This document shows, piece by piece, positions 1-8,904 of a stretch of 64,000 nt of DNA (its first letter is position 1; each line of letters begins with the position of its first letter). The position numbers were made by a program, and so were the translations under genes. The stretch covers positions 5,396,001-5,460,000 of the forward strand of contig JASTWF010000033.1 in NCBI GenBank assembly GCA_030390025.1, in the 5' to 3' direction. This DNA is from Squalus acanthias. Lineage: Eukaryota. The notes beneath the pieces are model-generated. The model was not told the origin of the DNA. It worked only from the letters and a program-made list of their open reading frames with translations, and searched no databases.

Positions 1-195
1 TGGTGAGGACCTGGAACTCGCTGCCAACAGAAGTGGTGGAAGCGGAGACACTCAATGTTCTCAAGGGGAGACTGGATAGGCTCTTGAGGGAAATAAACTT
101 GCAGGGCTACGGGGATTGAGCGGGGGAATGGGACTGACTGGATTGCATGGCAGAGAGCCGGAACGGCTCCTTCTGTACCGTTATGACTCTATGAT
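1..195 (+). mobile_element. CR1 LINE 3' end fragment (mirror at about 24775-25035, minus strand)
   Basis: gtggtgaggacctggaactcgctgcc (RVV..WN.LP region), followed by a 3' UTR ending in ttatgactctatgat. Confidence 0.8.
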
Positions 196-867
196 CTCGA
201 GCCAAGCTGAAATTATGTTAAGTTCATTCTTCAGCAGCAGGTATGGTGCTGAGCCCAACACAGAAATGAAAATGGCCAGCCTCCACCCCCGGCCTGTGGT
301 CTCTTAGTTCCTCATTTATTGGGCTACTGAGCAATACAGGAAGGGCTCAAGCCTAATGAATATCTTAATGCTCAGGATAATTTATCACTGCCCACGGACT
401 CTCTGATTCCAGTCTTGCACAAGTTGCTAAGTTTCAAATGTAGCATTTTTCACACTGGCAAAGAATTGATTGATAGCCGTGCTGTGATAAGCTAAGTTTT
501 TCAGGGAGATGCAGTGGGCAAGAAGATACATGAAAGACTATTGATAATTGTGACTGTTCTGACACTGTGAGCTACAGTTAAATGTGGGCAACATCTAAAG
601 TGTCTAGTTCCAAATGTTGACAGAAAGGTTGAATCATTTCCTGCCAACTTTGAACAGCAGGAATTTTACAGAAGGCAAGGATGAGCATTTGTGAATTTAA
701 GATAATTTTCACGCCAGGCAAACTTTTCGTACAAAATGACATTTTTTAGGTGACAACACAAAAGACATGTTTGCGAAACCACAGCAACAAGTGTGGGTAG
801 GCATCCACTTGAAATATGTTTCCTTCTGTGCTTTTCTCAGAGACACAGCGAGACAGACAGAGAGTAG

Positions 868-907
868 CCGTCGGGGAATTGAATAGTCACCACTATACTA
901 TCAAGCA
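868..907 (-). pseudogene. tRNA-Asp-derived remnant, anticodon arm deleted (mirror 24063-24102 +)
   Basis: Mirror reads TCCTTGATAGTATAGTGGTGACTA joined to TTCAATTCCCCGACGG, which are the 5' and 3' ends of vertebrate tRNA-Asp(GTC). Confidence 0.75.
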
Positions 908-1370
908 CCTGGTTCAGGAAGTAGTTATGCAGTGCTTGAGACAAATGCTCAAACACACAAAGAGACAGACATGTGTGTGTGCTCTCTTTGTGTGTGTATG
1001 TCTCAGATATCCATCTGAGTTTCATGGATTCATGCAGCACAGAGGGAGGCCATTCGGCCCTTCGTACCTGTGCTGTCTCTTTGAAAGAGCAGTCGTGCTT
1101 AGTCCCAAACCCCAGCTTTTTGTGCGTAACCCTGTTAATCTATTTTTCTCTGTCACTCTCTCCCTCCTCCGTGCTCCACTCAAAAAGGAGAGGGAAACAG
1201 AGAGGGGGCACTATAGTAACGAGGAATTGGTGCAGGAAGTTGTTTTACATATCTTCATATGCCAGTACATCTTTTAACATTATTTTAGTTACTTCTTTTC
1301 TGTTCACCTTTTCCAAGAAGCATTTTAAGGAGCTGCCCAAAGGTTTAAAATTGGGGATGTTAAAAAGCGT

Positions 1371-1437
1371 CTTTCCCGTCGGGGAATTGAACCCCGGTCA
1401 CCCGCGTGACCAGGCAGGGATACTATACTAACGAGTA
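1371..1437 (-). pseudogene. tRNA-Asp(GTC) pseudogene
   Basis: CTCGTTAGTATAGTATCCCTGCCTGGTCACGCGGGTGACCGGGGTTCAATTCCCCGACGGGAAAG: D-arm deletion (GGTGAGT lost), extra G in the anticodon loop, TTTTT terminator downstream. Confidence 0.9.
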
Positions 1438-1489
1438 ACTAACAGATGTAGAATCTGTCAGAGGAACAGTCGAGCTGTGAACAGAGTGA

Positions 1490-1745
1490 GAAAGAGAGAG
1501 TAGAGAAGGACATAGAGAGAGACAGAGACAAAGAGAGAGATAGAGACAAAGAGAGAGACAGAGACAAAGAGAGAGACAGAGACAAAGAGAGAGACAAAGA
1601 GAGAGACAGAGAGAGAGACAGAGACAAAGAGAGAGACAGAGACAAAAAGAGAGACAGAGACACAGAGAGAGACAGAGAGAGAGACAGAGACAAAGAGAGA
1701 GACAGATTGCGACACAGAAAGAGAGACAGACACACAGAGCGAGAG
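1490..1745. repeat. GA-rich simple repeat (gagagacagagacaaa-like units); mirror about 23185-23460
   Basis: Directly visible; the unit number differs between arms. Confidence 0.95.
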
Positions 1746-1764
1746 CCTCAGTTTGACGTATCAT

Positions 1765-2232
1765 AGAGTGGTCCCCGGGATGAGGGACTTCAGTTATGTG
1801 GAGAGACTGCAGAAGCTGGGATTGTTTTCCTCAGAAGGTTAAGAGGTAATTTAATGGAGGTTTTCAAAATGACAAGGGGTTTTGATAGAGTAAATAAGCA
1901 GAAACTTTTTCCAGTGGCAGGAGGTTCGGTAACCAAAGGACACCGATTGAAGATAACCGGCAAAAGAACGAGAGGGGAGATGAGGAAACATGTTTTACGC
2001 TGCGAGTTATTGTGATCGGGAATGCGCTGCCTGAAAGGGCGGTGGAAGCAGATTCAATAGTAACTTTCAAAAGAGAATTGGATAAATAATTGAATAGGAG
2101 AAACTTGCAGGGCTGTGGGGAAAGAGCAGGGGAGTGGGACTAATTGGAGAGCTCTTTCAAAGTGCCAGCGCTGACTTGATGGTCCGAATGGCCTCCTTCT
2201 GTGCCGTATCAATCTATGATTCTATGGTCTAT
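1765..2232 (+). mobile_element. CR1 LINE 3' fragment (mirror about 22700-23165 -)
   Basis: gggatgagggacttcagttatgtggagagactg...ctttcaaaagagaattgg, with a ctatgattctatg tail. Confidence 0.85.
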
Positions 2233-2372
2233 GTGTCGCTCCGCCCCGGTGTCAAAGGTGCAATGGATGTTAATCCAAATAATTCCCCCGTGAGATTCGG
2301 TGTGGAATTGTTTCCTAATAAAACTTGTATTTCAAATGTTACGATAGCCTTAAAATTATGAAAATATTCGGA

Positions 2373-2446
2373 TGGCCTGTACTGGGATCAAACCCGTGAC
2401 CTTGGCGTTATTCGCACCACGCTCTCACCAACTGAGGTAATCGGCC
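2373..2446 (-). pseudogene. tRNA-Ile(AAT), degenerate
   Basis: GGCCGATTACCTCAGTTGGTGAGAGCGTGGTGCGAATAACGCCAAGGTCACGGGTTTGATCCCAGTACAGGCCA: U33 changed to G, TTC changed to TTT in the B box, stem mismatches. Confidence 0.9.
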
Positions 2447-2802
2447 ACAAAGCACCCGTTGGATAGGTTCGGACCCAGGCTGGGGGATTGTCTTTCAGGC
2501 TCACACTGGGTTACCGAGTTACTGCACAAACATTGAACACCCCACATCGCTTAAACATTGTCAACTGTTCGTATATACAACTGGGCAGATCGTAAAGCGA
2601 AAGTAACAGAAAAAGAGCTCTTTAAGCTAACAAACCTCATTCTAAAAATTATTCTCACACCACCGCTGAACAGCCCCTCCCTCAAACACTGTCCCGATAT
2701 AAAACCAGTTGACGCGACCCTGAGCCGCTGTCACCACAACCGGACTCGAACCAGCAGCGGGCGGCTGGAGCTGGATCCAGAGGGTCAGATGTGGTTTACA
2801 CA

Positions 2803-3557
2803 TAAGAACATACGAAAAGAAGCAGGAGTAGTCCATTTGGCCTCCAAAGCTGCTCCTCCATTCAATACAATCATGGCTGATCTTCTACCTCATCTCCACT
2901 TTCCTGCACTATCCCCATGTCATAAGAACATAATTGATTCATTTAATATTGAAAAATCTGTCGATCTCTGCCTTGAATATACTCAAGGACTGAGCTTCCA
3001 CAGGCCTCCGGAGTAGATAATTCCAAAGATTCACCACCCTTTGAGTGAATAAATTTCTTCTCATCACAGTACTAAATGGCCAACCCCTTATTCTGAGACT
3101 TTTACCCCTGGTTCTAGACTCCCCAGCCAGGGGAAACATTATCCCTGCATCCAACCTGTCAAGCCCTGTAAGAATGTTGTATGTTTCAATGAGATCACCT
3201 CTCATTCTTATAAATTCTAGAGAATATAGTCCTAGTCTACTCAATCTCTCCTCATGGGACAATCAACCCAGCCCATGAACCAGTCTGGTAAACCTTCGTT
3301 GCACTCCATCTATGGCAAGTATATCCTTCCTTAGATAAGGAGACCAAAACTGTGCACAATTCTCCAGGTGTGGTCTCACCAGGGCCCCATATAATTACAG
3401 TAAGAAGTCTTTACTCTTATACTCAAATCCTCTTGCAATAAAGGCCAACATAGCATTTGCTTTCCTAATTGCTTGCTGTACCTGCATGTTAACTTTCAAT
3501 GATTCGTGTACAAGGACAGCCAGGTCCCTCTGAATAACAACATTTCCCAATCTCTCA
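2803..3557 (-). mobile_element. CR1 LINE 3' part (host of the Penelope insertion; continues at 5749-5985)
   Basis: Peptides MQVQQAIRKANAMLAFIARGFEYKSKD and EERLSRLGLYSLE..RMRGDLIETY...FTQRVVNLWN; upstream piece [12 protein letters not shown]. Confidence 0.92.
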
Positions 3558-3657
3558 TACGATAGCAAAATACTGCGGATGCTGGAAATCTGAAATAACA
3601 ACAGAAAACGCTGGAAAAACTCAGCAGGCCAGGCAGCATCCGTGGAGAGAGAAAGAG

Positions 3658-3694
3658 AGTTAACGTTTCAGGTCGATGACCTTTCGTCAGAACT
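3658..3694 (-). ncRNA. Minimal type I hammerhead ribozyme in Penelope pLTR
   Basis: AGUU-CUGACGA-A-AGGUC(AUC)GACCU-GAAACGUU-AACU: conserved cores, 5-bp stem II, 4-bp stem I, palindromic ACGU in place of stem III. Confidence 0.85.
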
Positions 3695-3972
3695 GTGAAG
3701 AGCCGGAAATCAAATAGATTTAAGGCCAGAGTAAAGCTGGGAAAAGGGGGAGGGGATAAAAGAACAAAGGGGGAGATGAAGAGACATTAAGAGACATTAA
3801 GAGATATGCAAGGCTAGAGGTGGTGTTAATGTGACAGATTAAGGCTGAAAGAAGTGTGAAATCCACTGGCAGAATGAAGGACAGCTGCCAGCTTCTAGGA
3901 GGAAAAAAAAGGTGGGGGGGGGGCAAATAAAAGGGTGGAAAAAATAAAATATAAATGTGATTGGAGCTGAGG

Positions 3973-5742
3973 TTATGATCTAAAATTGTTGAACTCGATA
4001 TTGAGTCCAGAGGGCTGTAGCGTGCCTAAACGAAAGATGAGGTGCTGTTCCTCGAGCTTACGCTGCGCTTCCGTGGAACAGTGTAATAGGCCAAGGACGG
4101 TGAGGTCAGAGTGGGAGTGAAGCGGTGAATTAAAGTGACAGGCCACCGGGAGCTCGGGGTCCCCCTTACGGACTGAACGGAGGTGTTCCGCAAAGCGGTC
4201 ACCCAATCTGCGTTTGGTCTCCCCAATGTAGAGGAGACCACATCGTGAGCAGCGAATACAGTATACTAAATTGCAGGAAGTACAAGTAAATCGCTGTTTC
4301 ACCTGGAAGGGGTGTTTGGGGCCCTGGACAGTGGGAAGAGGGGAGGTGTAAGGGCATGTGTTGCATCTCCTGCGCGTGCACGGGAAGGTGCCGGGCGAAG
4401 GGGAAGGGGTGCTGGGGGTGGTAGATGAGTGGACTAGGGTGTCGCGGAGGGAGCGGTCCCTGCGGAATGCTGAAAGGGGAGGTGAGGGGAAGATGTGTTT
4501 GGTGGTGGGATCACGCTGGAGGTGGCGGAAATGGCGGAGGATGATCCGTTGAATGTGGAGGCTGGTGGGGTGAAAGGTGAGGACAAGGGGCACCCTATCG
4601 TGGTTCCGGGAGGGAGGGGCAGGGGTGAGGGCAGAAGTGCGGGAGATAGAACGGACCCGGTCGAGGGCCATGTCGACCACGGTAGAGGGGAATCCTCGGT
4701 TGAGGAAAAAGGAAGACATGTCGGAAGCACTGGTATGGAAGGTGGCATCATCAGAGCAGATGCGGCGGAGACGGAGAAACTGGGAGAATGGAATAAAGTC
4801 CTTACAGGAGGCGGGGTGGGAGGAAGTGTAGTCCAGGTAACTGTGGGAGTCAGTGGGCTTGTAGTGAATGTTAGTCAATAACCTATCCCCAGAGATGGAG
4901 ATGGAGAAGTCGAGGAAGGGAAGGGAAGAGTCGGAGATGGACCATGTGAAGGTGAGGGAAGGGTGGAAATTGGAAGCATAGTGAATGAAATGTTCTAGTT
5001 CAGGGCGAGAGCAGGAGACGGCACCGATACAGTCATCAATGTACCGGAAAAAGAGGTGAGGGAGGGGACCCGAGTAGGACTGGAACAAAGAGTGTTCCAC
5101 ATATCCCACGAAAAGGCAGGCATAGCTAGGACCCATGCGGGTACCCATAGCAACACCTTTAATTTGGAGGAAATGGGTAGAGTCAAAGGAGAAGTTGTTC
5201 AATGTGAGAACAAGTTCAGCCAAGCGGAGGAGGGTGGTGGTGGATGGGGACTGGTTGGGCCTCTGTTCAAGGAAGAAGCGGAGCGCCCTCAGGCCATCCT
5301 GGTGGGGAATGGAGGTGTAGAGGGATTGTACGTCCATAGTGAAGAGGAGACGGTTGGGGCCGGGAAACTGGAAACTGTTAAAATGGCGGAGGGCATCGGA
5401 AGAATCGCGGATGTAGGTGGGAAGAGACTGGACAAGGGGAGAAAAAATAGAGTCGAGATAGGAAGAGATAAGTTCCGTGGGGCAAGAACAGGCTGAAACA
5501 ATGGGTCTACCGGGGCAGTCCTGTTTGTGGATCTTGGGAAGGAGGTAGAAGCGGGCTGTGCGCGGTTGGGGAACTATGAGGTTGGCGGCCGTGGGGGGAA
5601 GATCTCCAGAGGAGATGAGGTCAGTGACGGTCTTGGACACGGTGGCTTGATGTTCAGTAGTGGGGTCATGGTCCAGGTGGAGGTAATTATTGGCCCCGGA
5701 CCCCGGGGGGAACTCGGCCACTGTTTTTCGAAATAGTGCCAT
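3973..5742 (-). CDS. Penelope-like reverse transcriptase + GIY-YIG endonuclease (589 aa, chimeric N-terminus)
   Basis: RT motifs FYLLPKIHK..PGRPIVS, MDVQSLYTSIP, GVAMGTRMGPSYA, RYIDD, LPFLD; Cys linker CTRRRCNTC (Neptune-type); endonuclease VYCIRCSRCGLLYIGET..HFN..GLN. Confidence 0.92.
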   Translation of the reverse strand: MALFRKTVAEFPPGSGANNYLHLDHDPTTEHQATVSKTVTDLISSGDLPPTAANLIVPQPRTARFYLLPKIHKQDCPGRPIVSACSCPTELISSYLDSIFSPLVQSLPTYIRDSSDALRHFNSFQFPGPNRLLFTMDVQSLYTSIPHQDGLRALRFFLEQRPNQSPSTTTLLRLAELVLTLNNFSFDSTHFLQIKGVAMGTRMGPSYACLFVGYVEHSLFQSYSGPLPHLFFRYIDDCIGAVSCSRPELEHFIHYASNFHPSLTFTWSISDSSLPFLDFSISISGDRLLTNIHYKPTDSHSYLDYTSSHPASCKDFIPFSQFLRLRRICSDDATFHTSASDMSSFFLNRGFPSTVVDMALDRVRSISRTSALTPAPPSRNHDRVPLVLTFHPTSLHIQRIILRHFRHLQRDPTTKHIFPSPPLSAFRRDRSLRDTLVHSSTTPSTPSPSPGTFPCTRRRCNTCPYTSPLPTVQGPKHPFQVKQRFTCTSCNLVYCIRCSRCGLLYIGETKRRLGDRFAEHLRSVRKGDPELPVACHFNSPLHSHSDLTVLGLLHCSTEAQRKLEEQHLIFRLGTLQPSGLNIEFNNFRS

Positions 5743-6095
5743 GGGATCTTTCCCAATCTCTCACTATTTCAACAATACTCTGCTTTTCTGTTTTTCCTAC
5801 CAAAGTGGATAACTTCACATTTGTCTACATTATATTCCATTTGCCATGTTGTTGCCCACTCACTTAGCCCGTCCATATCCCCTTGAAGCCTCCTTGCATC
5901 CTCCTCACAAATTACATTCCCACCCAGCTTTGTATCGTCAGCAACCTTGGATATATTACATTTGGTCCCCACTCCCAAATCATAGATGAGGGGACCAAGT
6001 TCACTGCTATTGGTCTGGGAGGCGTGGGTTCAAGAGCGAAAAATCTCTCCTGATTCTCTCCCCTTATAGTGAAGGAAAAACAAATTAAACAAAAT

Positions 6096-6148
6096 TGGCG
6101 AAACCCGGGATTGAACCAGGGTATTTAGATCTTCAGTCGAAGGCTCTC
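6096..6148 (-). pseudogene. tRNA-Phe(GAA) 3' fragment (mirror 18667-18719 +)
   Basis: GAGAGCCTTCGACTGAAGATCTAAATACCCTGGTTCAATCCCGGGTTTCGCCA; the 5' end is missing. Confidence 0.85.
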
Positions 6149-6259
6149 GATTGATTTGTAGCCGGGCTGCCATGGCGGGCTGCAGCTCCCACAATGCAGA
6201 GCGCCAGGGAAAGGCCCCTATCTCTGTGACACAGGCCGCGCTGCACTCTGGGAGCAGAG

Positions 6260-6600
6260 TTCACACATGCGCACCTCACCCACCCGATGAGCCGCCGCTT
6301 TCTCTCTGCGGCGCGGGACAAACTTTCAGTCTCTCGGTTCAGAGCGAGCGGTGATTTTGCTGGAAACTGACGTCACTTTTCCTTTTAATCGCGCGGTTTC
6401 ATGGCCGTAAACAGCGCGCATGCGCAGTGAGGTGGGTCGCACCAAGATGGCGTTCGGGCGGCGGGTGACGCCACAATGCTCGCAGACGTCAGAGCGCCCT
6501 GATTGGCGGTTTGTCCCGGGGCCGAGGGTCAGGGGTCAGGGGGCGGCTCCTGTCTCCGGCCAGAGAGAGCGGGCGGGCGCTGAGATTAGAGCGAGCCCGG
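6260..6600. promoter_or_regulatory. CpG-rich, housekeeping-promoter-like segment
   Basis: CRE TGACGTCA 6368-6375, NRF1-like GCGCATGCGCA 6416-6426, YY1-like CAAGATGGCG 6443-6452, inverted CCAAT 6502-6506, GC-box-like motifs, high CpG density. Confidence 0.55.
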
Positions 6601-6734
6601 GGCAACCTGCATTTCCCCAGCGCCTTTCACAGCCTCAGCCCGGCCCAGAGCCTCACACACAATGGGGGGCTTGTGAAGGGAGCTCACTCCAGGAAAAGCG
6701 GCAGGCACTGTGGGCACAGCAAGATCCATAATAC

Positions 6735-6854
6735 GATAGCAAAATACTGCAGATGCTGGAAATCCGAAATAACAACAGAAAACGCTGGAAAAACTCAGCA
6801 GGCCAGGCAGCATCCGTAGAGAGAGAAAGAGAGTTGACGTTTCAGGTCGATGAC
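6735..6854 (-). mobile_element. Solo 5'-truncated Penelope pLTR with 9-bp TSD
   Basis: Matches the pLTR at 3558-3680 with 4 substitutions. TSD ccataatac at 6726-6734 and 6855-6863. Confidence 0.92.
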
Positions 6855-6864
6855 CCATAATACT

Positions 6865-7056
6865 GCACTGTGGGCACAGCAAGATCCCACACACTGCACT
6901 GTGGACACAGCAAGATCCCACACACAGCACTTTGGGCACAGCAAGATCCCACACACAGCACTGTGGGCACAGCAAGATCCCACACACAGCACTGTGGACA
7001 CAGCAAGATCCCACACACCACTTTGGGCACAGCAAGATCCCACACACAGCACTGTG
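6865..7056. repeat. 31-bp tandem repeat, about 6 copies, amplified from the SINE tail
   Basis: Unit gcactgtgggcacagcaagatcccacacaca starting at 6865, 6896, 6927, 6958, 6989. Confidence 0.93.
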
Positions 7057-7634
7057 GCCAATGGCCAAATAATCGCTTCAGTGATGTTGGTCAAGGGAGA
7101 AATATTGGCCCCGGACCCCGGGGGGAACTCGGCCACTGTTTGTCGAAATAGTGCCATGGGATCTTTTACATCCACCTGAGAGGGCAGACAGGGCCTCGGG
7201 TTAACGTCTCATCCAAGAGACGGCACCTGCGACAGAGCAGCACTCCCTCAGCACCGCACTGAAGTGACAGCCTGGATTTTGTGCTTAACTCTCTGGAGGG
7301 GGGCTTGAACACACAACCTTTATGATTCTAGAAGCGAGAGAGTGTTACCAATGAGCCAAGGCCGACACCGAGTACATCAGAATGGTCCTTAATTCTTCCG
7401 TCCCCTAACCCAATGTGGCTTTCTTCCACAGGAGAAGTCGTGCCGGAACTTCCAGGAATTTTCAGAAGGAATTTTGATCGGAGATGAAATGTTCAGGAGA
7501 ATACTTCATTCCGACTGGAAACTGCTTTGGATGATCACATGGCCGGGAGACACCAAGACATCAGGTGGGCAGTTTCTCTGTCGAGGTGGGCAGTTTAAAA
7601 GGAAGTGGAACTGTGCGGGGAGAAAGTTGGCGGA

Positions 7635-8660
7635 GGACAGGAAACAGAGGGTCAGTGTTAATGGGAGTTGGTCAGATTGGTGAAGAGTTGGAAGTGGTTA
7701 CCCCAGGGGTCAGTGCTGGGCCCACTTTTCTTCTCCGTATTCAGAGACTGTTCGGATTTAGGAATCAGGAGCACAGTCTGAACATTTGCTGATGGCACAA
7801 AAGTAGGAGGTTTGACAAACAGTAATGAGACTGTAAATGTGTTCAGGAAGACATTGTGCAGAAAAGGAAAAATCGACCTGTCACTCAATTATTTTGGTCT
7901 CAAATTGATATCCTCTGGTTACCGACTCACTAACCAGTGGGGATAGTTTATTTCTGTTACTTCATTAAAAGCCCCCTCAAAATGTTGAACCCCTCTATCT
8001 GATCCCCTTTTCAACTTCTCTACTCTGAAGAAAAGTTATGTGAAGACTCCCGTCCTTGGGATCATATTAGTGAATCTCTTCTGCAGCTCTCCCAGGCCTT
8101 ACTTTCTTACTAAAATAATGCACCTAAAACTGGAGACAATATTCTGACTGTGGCTGAACCAATGATTTGTCCAGGTGTAGCTTTAACTCTGCTTTTATAC
8201 TCTATGTCCTTACTTATAATTCCTCGGATCTCATGTGGAATTTTGTAAAACAGTTTTATCAACTTGCCTCCCACATTTAAAGATTTGTCTATCTGAATCC
8301 CTGAATCTCTCTGCTCCTCCACTCCTTTTACAGTTTTATCATATAGTGTCTATTTCCTCTCATTCTTCCCACCTCACATCTCTCTGCATTAATTTCCATC
8401 TGACATCTACCTGTCCAATCTGCTCATCTGTCCCTCTCCTCCTGAAGTTCTCGACAGTCCTCTTCATGGTTAACCTCACTCCTTATCTTTGTGGAAGCTG
8501 CAATGTTTGTTATTGTGACCTCAACACCCAAATTCAGCTCAATCATAACCACATATATTGAGAAAAGCAATGGTGCCCACACTGACCCCTGGGGATCACC
8601 ACAGTTTAAATCCTTCCAGTGCAAGAAACAGCTATTAACCACAACTCTCAGTTTTTTTGT
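7635..8660. mobile_element. Old degenerate CR1 RT fragments in both orientations (mirror about 16980-18000)
   Basis: Remnants RKQRVSVNG, PQGSV, FADGTK and DIEYKSR. Confidence 0.7.
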
Positions 8661-8904
8661 GATTCACCCATCCTGTCTCTCTCTCTTTCTCCTTTCCAAC
8701 CTCTCATGTTCATTATCCCTCAGTTCTCGAGCACAAACAGTCTCTTTACTCCTTTTCTCCCGCCGAATCATTAAAAAGTGTTTCTCCCCTTTGTCGCCAA
8801 CAGTCTCTGTTCTTCTCACTCTTGTATGCACACCTTCTCTCTCCCTCCCTCCCTCCCTCTCTCACTCGCTCCCTCCCTTTCCGACCCTCCCTCATTATCA
8901 CACA

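Larger units (their letters stand above)
3558..5748 (-). mobile_element. Penelope-like retroelement, 5'-truncated, with 3' pLTR and 15-bp TSD
   Basis: RT + GIY-YIG ORF. TSD tttcccaatctctca at 3543-3557 and 5749-5763 splits a CR1 fragment. Confidence 0.95.
6691..7368 (-). mobile_element. tRNA-headed Deu-domain SINE (SacSINE1/AmnSINE-like); 5' part mirrored at 18270-18402 +
   Basis: Head GTGTCGGCCTTGGCTCATTGGTAACAC..GTTCAAGCCCC; body GAGGGAGTGCTGC..GGATGAGACGTTAA..CTCAGGTGGATGTAAAAGATCCCATGGCACTATTT; tail GTGGGATCTTGCTGTG. Family name is from recall. Confidence 0.75.

Noticed and set aside
1423..1764. Leu/Ser/Cys-rich ORFs (and mirrors at 23166-23545)
   Set aside because: Simple-repeat translations.
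4358..5736. Antisense and alternate-frame ORFs overlapping the Penelope ORF
   Set aside because: Shadow ORFs of a GC-skewed coding strand with no recognisable motifs.
3973..5742. Telomerase, retron or group II intron RT
   Set aside because: C-terminal GIY-YIG domain, pLTR with hammerhead and TSD identify a Penelope-like element.
6010..6035. tRNA-Leu-like fragment ggaggcgtgggttcaa; also an Ile-like B-box fragment near 51740-51781
   Set aside because: Too short or degenerate to call with confidence.
6865..7056. CRISPR-like 31-bp repeats near an RT/nuclease gene; Cys-rich ORFs
   Set aside because: No spacers; the units derive from the SINE tail and the ORFs are repeat translations.
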